DNA from: Treponema sp.
GTDB lineage: Bacteria > Spirochaetota > Spirochaetia > Treponematales > Breznakiellaceae
Assembly: GCA_031260245.1 (NCBI GenBank)
Contig: JAIRKH010000056.1
Coordinates: 874 to 64,873 of the forward strand
Length of the DNA: 64,000 bases
Reading direction: 5' to 3'
Numbering within the stretch: the first letter of the stretch is position 1; each line of letters starts with the position of its first letter. Below, piece by piece: positions 55,748-64,000 of this stretch. Both the position numbers and the translations under genes were made by a program. The notes under the pieces are model-generated. The model ran no database searches. It was not told the DNA's origin and was given only the letters and a program-made list of their open reading frames with translations.

Positions 55748-57148
55748 TTAGAAGGGTAACATAAGCCGTACGCCGACTTTGAAGACCGGCAATTCAAAAT
55801 ATACGGAATCGCCGACTATTTCCTGAATAAAACCAGTGTCTTTCAGTCCCTTTGATGTGGATTTTTCGTAATAATTGGTCAAGATAAAGGCGGAAACGCC
55901 CGCCTCGACAAAGAATTTAAGATATAGAGGCGTTTCCCATTCATAACCCAGAGCAAGAGCGAAACTGAACGGACTAAAATCGCCAAACCAGCTCGTTTCA
56001 AACATAGTTTCAAACGTTTTCCCCCAGCCTTTCCAGTAACCGTTCCATGAATTTCTAAAAGACGGCGGGGAAGCGACATTGTTTTCGCCGATTCCATCAA
56101 GATTGAGACGCATCATAGCGGTGAACTGAAAGTAAAATTGCGGGATGTAAGGTTTTTCCAGCGAAAGAGCGCGCCACCCAACTGCAAGCCCGGGCATGAC
56201 GAGTCTCTGGCTATTGAAACTCGTCTCGAGCGGTCGACCGTCGCTATTAACGGAGAACAGTCCGAAAATCTGCTGTTGAACTCCTATGCTGAAGAACCAT
56301 CCATTTTGCGCGTACTTTGAAATCCAGAATTCCGGGAAACAGCCCTGAAGAAGCCCGACGTCAATACTTGTCGGGAAGAAACGCTGGCGCGGCAAGTCTA
56401 AAACGTTATTGTCCTTGTCCACATAGGAAACGCCTCTGCGTCTCGCGTATTTTTTGTGGAAGGTCTCCCAGTAAAACGTCGCGGGCATAGATATATCAAA
56501 ACCAATGGTTCCCGAATCCGGTATGGTGAACGGCGTCTTAAAAACGCCGTAGACTTGAAGCCCCGGAGGTCCGTTGACGACGAATTGCGGTTTCAAAGCG
56601 CCTCTGATGAAATCCCTCAAATCGGTCGCTATAGGCAGCCAAAAATAGACGAGCAAGTCCTCTTCTCGCGGGGCGCGTTCCGAAAAGACCTTCTCAAGCA
56701 CGTTCAATTCGGAGAAAAGCTCGCGGATAGAATAACGAACCGTCAGCTTGCCGTTATTAATATCGCCTGTTACATGAATATCGATAAAAATCGGTATCTT
56801 CTGATCCGTCGCTTCGGCGATGGGGTCCCCGCCCGCCGCCCCGTCTTCGTAACGGAGAATCTGAGCCGCGTTTTCCACGCCGCTCAAAGAGGCCTCTATA
56901 GAATAATTCCAAAATTCCTTGTCAGGAAAGGGACCCGTGTAGTCCCGCCAGAGAACGTCGCCCGCTTCCCGCGCCAAAAGGAAGAATTCCTCGTCGATGT
57001 TGAATCGAAACAACACGTTCATGCTCGCTTTCTGATAGTCAGGAAGTTGCTGGGCGTGAAGAGAAAGAGCGGAAACCGTCAACCATATAAAAACAAATTG
57101 TTTGAATAGCGAAGAAGTCAATTTAGCGATTTGAAGTCTTATTACCAT
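55748..57148 (-). CDS. exported protein, probable outer-membrane beta-barrel
   Basis: ATG at 57148 overlaps the upstream gene by 7 nt. Signal ...FVFIWLTVSALSLHAQQ. Aromatic-rich alternating C-terminal region ending ...GVRLMLPF. Confidence 0.5.
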   Translation of the reverse strand: MVIRLQIAKLTSSLFKQFVFIWLTVSALSLHAQQLPDYQKASMNVLFRFNIDEEFFLLAREAGDVLWRDYTGPFPDKEFWNYSIEASLSGVENAAQILRYEDGAAGGDPIAEATDQKIPIFIDIHVTGDINNGKLTVRYSIRELFSELNVLEKVFSERAPREEDLLVYFWLPIATDLRDFIRGALKPQFVVNGPPGLQVYGVFKTPFTIPDSGTIGFDISMPATFYWETFHKKYARRRGVSYVDKDNNVLDLPRQRFFPTSIDVGLLQGCFPEFWISKYAQNGWFFSIGVQQQIFGLFSVNSDGRPLETSFNSQRLVMPGLAVGWRALSLEKPYIPQFYFQFTAMMRLNLDGIGENNVASPPSFRNSWNGYWKGWGKTFETMFETSWFGDFSPFSFALALGYEWETPLYLKFFVEAGVSAFILTNYYEKSTSKGLKDTGFIQEIVGDSVYFELPVFKVGVRLMLPF

Positions 57149-58341
57149 TTTATCATCGCTCCAAAGGAAACGCACATACCGAAATCGGTTCTGTCTTCTC
57201 CGAAAGTATCCCTTTCGTACCAAAAAACTTTCGGGGACCTGAATTCGCCCACGAGGGCCCATCTTGAGAAATGATATTCCAAGCCGAGCCAGAGCGGGTC
57301 AGCCAGAATATCGTATTGAGTATCTGAAAAAACGAGAGACGCGCCCGTGCCCGCTATGATTCGCAGGGGCCACCTGTTTTTCGGGAGTAGGGAAAGCCCA
57401 GTCCCGAACCGTAACTCGCCGTGGGCTTTGTCTTTAAACGAAGACAAGGCGTCGCTCGCGTTCCACATCCCGTAATCGAGTTTGAGAAACCAACGGTCCG
57501 GATAAAGGAAGAACCTGTATTCCACGACCGCGGAATACGTCGCAAGGTCGCGCAATTCCGTCGTGAGGACGAAGCTCTGCCTGTTCTTCGCCAACAGCGG
57601 TTTTATGGTGAAAGGCTCGTCGGTTACGCCGTTAGGCAAGGTGAAGGAACGGGACCAGTAGCCTTCTTTAGTCGCGGTTCCGAAAACCGTCGCGTTTTTG
57701 ACGAAAAGGAACACGGAATCGGTCGTCAGCTCGCCGTTTTTGACGACGCCCGCGCTGACGCCGTTTTCACCGCCGTAGCGAATTTCAACGCCGTCTTGGA
57801 CGCAGAAGAAACGTTGCGGAACGCTCACAGCGAAATCCTGGTTAAACTCCATCGCGGGAAAAGACTTGTCGTATTTTTGCAACAACCGCGCCGCGGAAAT
57901 TTCAACCGTATCGTCTATGGACACGCCGCCGCCGACCGCCATAAGCGGCGTGAAGAACGTCTCGCTCGCCCGCGTCCTATTCTCCACCGCGTCGAACATA
58001 CCAAAACGCCATGAGAGCCTCCCGCCGCTGTATACGGTCCACACGGTAATAGCCCAACGAACCCCGTTTTCAACGCACAGCCGCTTCAGCTCCTCTGAAG
58101 AAAAATTTTCCGTCTTGTCGTTAATATAAGGAACTTGAACCTGTATACCCCTGTTCCAAAACGCGGCGTCAACGATGTAGGCGGTTTTTTCAACTTCTGG
58201 TCGAAGCTCCGGCGGAGTATTCTCTTCACCGTGATGGCTGTAGACGATAACAGCCGAGTCGTTGTCCAGCTCTTGCGTATAAACGCCGCTCTGACTCAGC
58301 GCAAACGCTAATATACATACAAAAAACAAAAACTTCTTCAT
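57142..58341 (-). CDS. exported protein, probable outer-membrane beta-barrel
   Basis: 399 aa. Signal MKKFLFFVCILAFALSQSGVYTQ. C-terminus ...CVSFGAMIKW. Confidence 0.5.
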   Translation of the reverse strand: MKKFLFFVCILAFALSQSGVYTQELDNDSAVIVYSHHGEENTPPELRPEVEKTAYIVDAAFWNRGIQVQVPYINDKTENFSSEELKRLCVENGVRWAITVWTVYSGGRLSWRFGMFDAVENRTRASETFFTPLMAVGGGVSIDDTVEISAARLLQKYDKSFPAMEFNQDFAVSVPQRFFCVQDGVEIRYGGENGVSAGVVKNGELTTDSVFLFVKNATVFGTATKEGYWSRSFTLPNGVTDEPFTIKPLLAKNRQSFVLTTELRDLATYSAVVEYRFFLYPDRWFLKLDYGMWNASDALSSFKDKAHGELRFGTGLSLLPKNRWPLRIIAGTGASLVFSDTQYDILADPLWLGLEYHFSRWALVGEFRSPKVFWYERDTFGEDRTDFGMCVSFGAMIKW

Positions 58342-58381
58342 TACCTATATTATACCATAAAGACGCATATAAAACAATAAT

Positions 58382-60322
58382 CTAATCGTTAGAAACGAAC
58401 CGCGTCTTTTTTAAGACCGCTTCTTTCCGCAACAGCGCCATTAACAAAGCGACGTCCCCCTGGCGCACGCCCGGCGTCCGCGCCGCCTGCCCCAGATTCA
58501 AAGGACGGACGACCGACAGCTTCTCCCTAGCTTCGACGGAAAGCCCTGTCGCCGCGCGGTAATCAAAATCCGGCGCAAGCCTGACGTTTTCCATTTTAGC
58601 GGAACGTTCCGCTACCCGGCGTTCCTTTTCAATATAACCCTCGTACCTCGCGTCGAGAGCGGCGCGAGCCGCCCATTCTGGCGGGAAATCCCGCGGCTCG
58701 CCTAGACAGGCGTAAATCTCTTCTATAAGAACCGAACCGTCTATTAAGCCTCGTTCAAGGGATTTGTTATCGCGCTTACAGACGCGCAGCAATTCGCGGA
58801 CGGCTTCGACGCCCCGTGTCTTCTCCTGAAACCGTTCCCATCTGCTGTCGTCTATCAAGCCCAAGTCCCTGCCTTTAGGCGTAAGCCGCGCGTCCGCGGC
58901 GTCGTGGCGGAGCAGAAGCCGGTACTCGGCGCGGCTTGTGAACATACGGTAAGGTTCTTTGGTCCCAAGCGTAGACAAGTCGTCTATCAACACGCCGATA
59001 TAGGCTTGGTCCCTGCCGAGTACGAAGGGCGGCTCGCCCCGCATTTTGAGCGCCGCGTTGACGCCCGCCATAAGCCCTTGCGCGGCCGCTTCCTCGTAAC
59101 CGGAAGTCCCATTGGTCTGACCCGCGGAGAAAAGCCCGCGCAGGCGTTTAGATTCGAGCGTAGGAAATAAGTCGAGCGGGTCCATGTAGTCGTATTCAAC
59201 CGCGTAAGCGGGACGCACAATCCGCGCACGTTCCAGCCCGGGAATCGCGTGGATGAAATCGCGCTGAACGTCTTCCGGGAGGGACGAAGACAGGCCGTTC
59301 AAGTACATTTCATTCGTGGACAGACCTTCCGGCTCGATAAAGACGTGGTGTCTGTCCCTTTCGGGGAACCGCGTTACCTTATCCTCGATAGAAGGGCAGT
59401 AACGCGGACCCGCGCCTTTAATCTTGCCTGTGTAAAGCGGTGAGCGGCCGATATTGGCGCGGATGATTTCGTGCGTCCGCTCGTTGGTATAGGTAATCCA
59501 GCAAGGGACCAGGGGGAGTCGAGGAAACAAGGAGGGGGAAGTCTCCCCCTCGCTCCAGCCCCGCTTGCGCGTGTCTTCCGTTCCCCCCTCTCCTAGGAGG
59601 CTTGCGCCCCCTAAAACCCCGGACTCGTTTCCGAGGGCGTCGGGTCCCCAGAAAGAAAAAGGTTCAGGCTGTTCGCCGTCTTGGCGTTCCAGAACCGAGA
59701 AGTCAATGGAAGAGCCGTCGACGCGCGCGGGCGTGCCGGTTTTGAGGCGCGCCATAGGGAAACCCAGCTCGCGCAAGCGCCGACCCAAGCCGAGCGCGGA
59801 CGGTTCGCCCATCCTCCCTTGGGGCGCGTCGAACGCGCCGATGAAGATTCGTCCTTCTAAAAAAGTGCCGGCCGTAAGAATCACTGTCCTTGCGGAGACG
59901 TTGCGTCCTCTTTCGGTAACGACGCCTTGAACAGCGCCGTCCCGAGTCAGGAGGTCTACTACGGTATCCATGAAGATATGGAGGTTGGGCTGGCGTTCCA
60001 GCGAAGATCGGGCTGCGGCTTGGTAGACCGCCTTATCCGCTTGGGCGCGGGGCGCCTGCACCGCGGGGCCGCGGGAGCGGTTCAGCACCCGGTATTGAAT
60101 CATACTTTTGTCTATGAGACGCGCCATTTCCCCGCCGAGCGCGTCCACTTCGCGCACGAGGTTGCCTTTAGCCAGCCCGCCGACGGCCGGGTTGCAAGAC
60201 ATCGCGCCGATACGGTCCGGGTTCTGCGTTACGAGAAGGACGCTGAACCCCAGTCGGCTGACGGCGAGCGCGGCTTCTATCCCCGCGTGTCCCCCGCCGA
60301 TTACAATGCTGTCGTAGTCCAT
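58382..60322 (-). CDS. mnmG: tRNA uridine 5-carboxymethylaminomethyl modification enzyme MnmG (GidA)
   Basis: ATG at 60322 ([21 protein letters not shown] motif); ...[12 protein letters not shown]... Confidence 0.93.
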   Translation of the reverse strand: MDYDSIVIGGGHAGIEAALAVSRLGFSVLLVTQNPDRIGAMSCNPAVGGLAKGNLVREVDALGGEMARLIDKSMIQYRVLNRSRGPAVQAPRAQADKAVYQAAARSSLERQPNLHIFMDTVVDLLTRDGAVQGVVTERGRNVSARTVILTAGTFLEGRIFIGAFDAPQGRMGEPSALGLGRRLRELGFPMARLKTGTPARVDGSSIDFSVLERQDGEQPEPFSFWGPDALGNESGVLGGASLLGEGGTEDTRKRGWSEGETSPSLFPRLPLVPCWITYTNERTHEIIRANIGRSPLYTGKIKGAGPRYCPSIEDKVTRFPERDRHHVFIEPEGLSTNEMYLNGLSSSLPEDVQRDFIHAIPGLERARIVRPAYAVEYDYMDPLDLFPTLESKRLRGLFSAGQTNGTSGYEEAAAQGLMAGVNAALKMRGEPPFVLGRDQAYIGVLIDDLSTLGTKEPYRMFTSRAEYRLLLRHDAADARLTPKGRDLGLIDDSRWERFQEKTRGVEAVRELLRVCKRDNKSLERGLIDGSVLIEEIYACLGEPRDFPPEWAARAALDARYEGYIEKERRVAERSAKMENVRLAPDFDYRAATGLSVEAREKLSVVRPLNLGQAARTPGVRQGDVALLMALLRKEAVLKKTRFVSND

Positions 60323-60884
60323 TGGGAGAATTATACACCGAATAGCGGCTAAAGTCAAACGACGAAGAGCATGAAGATACCTACCAACATGGCCTCGATT
60401 TGGGCGCCCATTTTGGCGGGCAAATCCGCTTACTTAACTTAGCGGGAGCGTAGGCGATTTTGATACCCAATTCATGCCGCTCCACAAGATACGTCTCTAC
60501 CGTCGCCTGCGCCGTCGGCGTCGAGTCGTGCGAGTGAAGCCCCAGACTGACAAGATACGCCTCCGCGCGAGGGCGGCACGTAGAAGTACCGCTTCTTCAC
60601 CTCCCGCATCTTCGCGGTCATCGCCTCGAAAGCGGTCTTGCTATTATCCGCCCCGCGAGAGAATAGTTTGTTGCGTGTCATAATACGTTTATTATCGCCG
60701 TCTGCTCAGTGCCAGACACCGCCCCGCTATCTAACGATCGCTAATGAAATCTATATTGCATACAAGAATCCCGCTTGAGCCGATTGAACGAAAATCCCCT
60801 TGTTAAAACGTATTATTTATGTTATTATTTAAATAGCGCGTGTTTCGGTCGTCTCCGCGCGCTGAGGGAAAGATTCGTAGGAAA

Positions 60885-61925
60885 ATGCCAGAACAAATTT
60901 TTACTTTTGGAACTATTGCGTCAAAAGTCTGTATACAGGAAGAAATTCCCCTTATAGAAACGCTTTTAGAAGATACGCGGCAAGTTCTTATCGTTTGCGA
61001 CGAGAACACGCGGTATATCGCCGAAAGAGCGGCGGGCGGGTGGAATCCGCCCCGTTGCGTCTTGAAAAGCGGAGAAGAGCGCAAGAATTGGGCGAGCGTA
61101 GAGACGATTCTCCGCGCCGCGATGGACGCGGGACTCGGCAGGGACGGCGCTTTCGTGGGCGTGGGTGGCGGAGTCGTGGGCGACGCGACCGCCTTCGCCG
61201 CAAGCGTCTATATGCGCGGCGCAAGGCTGGCGCTCATGCCCACAACCTTGCTCGCAATGGTCGACGCGGCGGTCGGCGGCAAAACAGGCTTCGATCTCTT
61301 CGGCGTGAAGAATCTCGTGGGGACGTTTTACCCCGCGTCTCTCGTCGTTATGCCTGTGGACGCTCTAAAAACCCTGCCGCCCAAAGAGTTTAAGTCCGGC
61401 ATGGCGGAACTCGTCAAGACCGCGATTCTGGACGAGAACGACGACTTTCTAATAAAAATAGAAGGTAAAGGAATGGACCTCGTCGCGTTGATAGTCCGCT
61501 CCATAGAAATAAAGGGGCGTATCGTGGAGGAAGATCCGCGTGAAACCGGTAAGAAGCGGGCGCTGTTGAACTTGGGACATACTTTTGGACACGCCTTGGA
61601 AGCGGCGGTCGGACTGGGAACGCTTACGCACGGCGAAGCGGTTGCCTGGGGCGTCTCCCGCGCTTGCGCCTTGGGGCAAAGGCTGGGGCTTACTCCTTCG
61701 GCGAGAGCGGAACGGATAACCGCCCTGCTCCGTAACCTCGGTTACGAAACGGGCGCGTCCCACCCGCTCCTGCGCGATAAGGCGTTGTTTATGCGCTCGC
61801 TTCTTCATGATAAAAAGAAAAGAACCGGTAGGCCGTCCTTTGTCGTTCCGACAGAGCGCGGAGCCGCGCTGGCGTCGGTGGATAACCTGGGATCGATTGA
61901 GGACTTGATTGACGCCGCCCCTTAA
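60885..61925 (+). CDS. aroB: 3-dehydroquinate synthase
   Basis: ATG at 60885. GVGGGVVGDATAFAAS, TTLLAMVDAAVGGKTG and LNLGHTFGHALE motifs. Confidence 0.88.
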   Translation: MPEQIFTFGTIASKVCIQEEIPLIETLLEDTRQVLIVCDENTRYIAERAAGGWNPPRCVLKSGEERKNWASVETILRAAMDAGLGRDGAFVGVGGGVVGDATAFAASVYMRGARLALMPTTLLAMVDAAVGGKTGFDLFGVKNLVGTFYPASLVVMPVDALKTLPPKEFKSGMAELVKTAILDENDDFLIKIEGKGMDLVALIVRSIEIKGRIVEEDPRETGKKRALLNLGHTFGHALEAAVGLGTLTHGEAVAWGVSRACALGQRLGLTPSARAERITALLRNLGYETGASHPLLRDKALFMRSLLHDKKKRTGRPSFVVPTERGAALASVDNLGSIEDLIDAAP

Positions 61926-61952
61926 AATAATCAATAAAATAAGGAAGAGATT

Positions 61953-63536
61953 TTGAAATTACGTTTATTATTGTTATTTTTATTATTTCCCGCTCTTGTT
62001 TTCGCGCAGGATAGGGAAGAGCCTGAAGAAACGCAAACCGTTTATTATATAGGAGACATTCGGTTTGACATAACTGGCAGAACTCTTGAGACCGCCCTGC
62101 TCCGCGTGGGCGAACTAAAAAAAGGCGAGGAGTTCGTCGGCATAACAAAGTTGGAGAAATACGTCAAGGATAAGGAACAGCTTCTCAAGAATCAGCGCGT
62201 CTTGGAGAGCGTTGAAATTAGCTATGAACTGAAAGAGCCTGCGGGAGATAGGGTTCCGATAACGATTTTGGTTAAAACCGTCGACACCCGCAACTTCATC
62301 ATCCTGCCGGAGCCGAAATTCAGCACAAGCAGCGGGCTTGAGGCTGAACTTAAAGCGCGCGATTACAACCTTCTCGGCTCCATGACCCCTTTGCGTTTTG
62401 ATTTGGGTTATGCGCTTGAAGCGGACGATTTGTGGAACTGGGAGAAAGGAGCGTTGACTCTTTCTATTGATTCTGGTCTGCCTTTTCGCGCCTTAGGTCT
62501 TGACTGGGATTTCAACTTTGACCATGATTTCAAATACACCTTTGGCAAAGAGCCCCTCTACTACAAGAATATCAGCGGCATTTCAATGAACGTCCCGTGG
62601 AAACACACGACGTTTACCTTCGGCTTTGAGGAAAATTTTATCTTTAACGAGGAAAACGAGGACGCCTATAAGCCGGATTTCGGCGATATTGTCCTTTTTT
62701 ATATGTCCAGCGAGCTTTATACGGCGTGGAAAATCCCCTTCGGCTTTGACGTGGGGCCCTTCGGCGAATTGTCTTACACGCCGAAGATTTCAGGGAAAAT
62801 CAACTACGCGCCCGACGGCGTAGACGATTTGCACAGGGGAACTTCCGCTATTATGGAACATTCCCTCGCTTTCGGAAAGGCGAATTGGATTGAAAACCAC
62901 CGCGAAGGGCTTACGGCGTCTCTGGACAACTCCAATTCATTCAATTTTTACCGAGGCGACTGGTCTGTGAGTTGGGGCGCGACCGCCTCTGGTTATAAAA
63001 AAATCACGGATATTTTCGGGATTTTCGGCTTTGGCGTGTCCGGACGCGCGGTATTCAAGCAGTGGTTCTTCACCAATTCTTTCAAAGATGGTAAATATCC
63101 CGCTTATAGCAGCGTGGGAGGTTTCCTCCGCGGAGTGAAAGACAACACGGTTATCGCGGAAGACGGCGACGTTTTATTCGCGTTTAGCGCCGACTTTCCC
63201 TTGCAAGTTCTACATTTTGTGCCTTCAGAATGGTTTCACGCGCGGAGTCTCCGCTTTTTCAATTTTGACTTCCACATTTCGCCTTTCATAGACGCGGCCT
63301 TTACCAACGGCAAGAAAGACGTGGACTGGAAAAACGGCTTTTACCAAACGCCGCCCGCCAAAGACGCGGACTTTTCCCCGCTTTTAGCCGCGGGTTTGGA
63401 AGCCGTCGTGTTTCCGCTGACGTGGCGGAGTTTTTACCTGCGCGTAAGTATCGGGTACAACATAAACAAACGTATTGAAGAGCAAGACATGGTTCCTTAT
63501 GACGAAGTTTTCATCGGAGTGGGACATGAGTATTAG
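61953..63536 (+). CDS. exported protein, Omp85/BamA-like (POTRA-like N-terminus plus beta-rich C-terminus)?
   Basis: TTG start after AAGGAAGAG. Signal MKLRLLLLFLLFPALVFAQD. Function is a guess from overall architecture. Confidence 0.35.
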   Translation: MKLRLLLLFLLFPALVFAQDREEPEETQTVYYIGDIRFDITGRTLETALLRVGELKKGEEFVGITKLEKYVKDKEQLLKNQRVLESVEISYELKEPAGDRVPITILVKTVDTRNFIILPEPKFSTSSGLEAELKARDYNLLGSMTPLRFDLGYALEADDLWNWEKGALTLSIDSGLPFRALGLDWDFNFDHDFKYTFGKEPLYYKNISGISMNVPWKHTTFTFGFEENFIFNEENEDAYKPDFGDIVLFYMSSELYTAWKIPFGFDVGPFGELSYTPKISGKINYAPDGVDDLHRGTSAIMEHSLAFGKANWIENHREGLTASLDNSNSFNFYRGDWSVSWGATASGYKKITDIFGIFGFGVSGRAVFKQWFFTNSFKDGKYPAYSSVGGFLRGVKDNTVIAEDGDVLFAFSADFPLQVLHFVPSEWFHARSLRFFNFDFHISPFIDAAFTNGKKDVDWKNGFYQTPPAKDADFSPLLAAGLEAVVFPLTWRSFYLRVSIGYNINKRIEEQDMVPYDEVFIGVGHEY

Positions 63537-63566
63537 CTCGAATATAATTATTAAAAGGAGTAAATA

Positions 63567-64000
63567 ATGCAAGCGATCATTTTAGCGGCCGGGATGGGGA
63601 ATCGACTCGGTAAGTACACGGCGGACAACACTAAATGTATGTTGCCGGTAAACGGAAAGACCTTGATTGAACGGGCGCTCGACGCGCTCGACGCGGCCGG
63701 CGTCCGCGAGTGCGTGATGGTCGTCGGGTATAAAAAAGAAAACGTTATCGCGTTCTTGGGTAACCGTTACAAAAACATTAATGTCCGTTACGTTTCCAAC
63801 GACGTTTATAACAAGACGAATAATATATACTCGCTGTATTTGGCGAAGGATTTCTTAATTAACGACGATACCTTGCTCTTGGAAAGCGATTTGATTTTCG
63901 AGGAACGCCTCATTGCCGATATGCTGGCAAGCCCGGAACCTACCATAGCCGCGGTCGCGGCTTATGAGCCGTGGATGGACGGCACGGTCGTGCAGTTGGC
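63567..64000 (+). CDS. nucleotidyltransferase, LicC-like (phosphocholine/sugar-phosphate cytidylyltransferase family); 3' end lies outside the window
   Basis: SD AAAGGAG. MQAIILAAGMGNRLG (NTP-transferase G-loop); ...KTNNIYSLYLA... is typical of LicC-like enzymes. Confidence 0.7.
   Translation, partial: MQAIILAAGMGNRLGKYTADNTKCMLPVNGKTLIERALDALDAAGVRECVMVVGYKKENVIAFLGNRYKNINVRYVSNDVYNKTNNIYSLYLAKDFLINDDTLLLESDLIFEERLIADMLASPEPTIAAVAAYEPWMDGTVVQL

Noticed and set aside
1-64000. CRISPR arrays, rRNA genes, tmRNA/RNase P/SRP RNA, intact IS elements or integrases, and sigma-54 (TGGCAC-N5-TTGC) promoters
   Set aside because: These were looked for by eye and none was found. The only regularly spaced direct repeats are the 231-bp coding duplication and the 12-mer tandem. 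Near-matches to TGGCA (for example 48704 and 60714) lack a properly spaced TTGC.

Overview
This 64-kb chromosomal window is probably from a spirochete (Treponema-like). That is an inference from the EF-Tu and r-protein sequences, a BspA-type LRR protein, a Flg_new-repeat lipoprotein, FGE-domain lipoprotein remnants and the cmk-rpsA adjacency; nothing was searched. Layout: (1) 1-2.9 kb holds polysaccharide genes (a GT1 glycosyltransferase and ugd). (2) 3.0-5.5 kb holds a minus-strand aroF-tyrA operon ending in an orphan pyrI. (3) 5.5-6.2 kb is a very GC-rich, frame-broken FGE-domain lipoprotein pseudogene. (4) 6.5-23.6 kb holds rpsL-rpsG, tuf and a complete S10-spc-alpha ribosomal cluster ending in rpoA-rplQ plus a small zinc-ribbon ORF. 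This cluster lacks fusA, adk, map and infA. It has unusually long (about 100 nt) structured spacers, and at least two of them are homologous copies of a hairpin-forming repeat that also occurs at 48.7 and 52.0 kb. (5) 23.6-38.3 kb is a visibly A+T-richer, tightly packed eight-gene operon and the main candidate for an undescribed system. It encodes an Opp/Dpp-type ABC importer with a fused two-NBD ATPase, a fused B-C permease and an oversized family-5 binding protein, interleaved with five exported proteins. One exported protein has Flg_new repeats, one has a BspA-type LRR, and three have no recognisable domain. The operon is preceded by a G6-N4-C12 homopolymer hairpin flanked by three copies of a 12-mer, and it ends at the 3' end of tRNA-Phe. 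(6) 38.5-64 kb is mostly housekeeping: topA, a SplB-like radical SAM gene, an orphan hisG overlapping a NUDIX gene, aspS, thiI, a sigma-54 activator, rpsA, cmk, a DRTGG protein, MTHFS, a tandem P-II-like protein plus an NhaC-type transporter, two coupled OMP-like genes, mnmG with an in-frame palindrome-bearing insertion, aroB, an Omp85-like protein and a LicC-like nucleotidyltransferase. Small GC-rich islets sharing a GGTGTCWGACRCC motif are scattered between genes. No CRISPR array, rRNA gene, intact IS element or integrase was seen. All family assignments come from motif recognition by eye and need HMM or BLAST confirmation.
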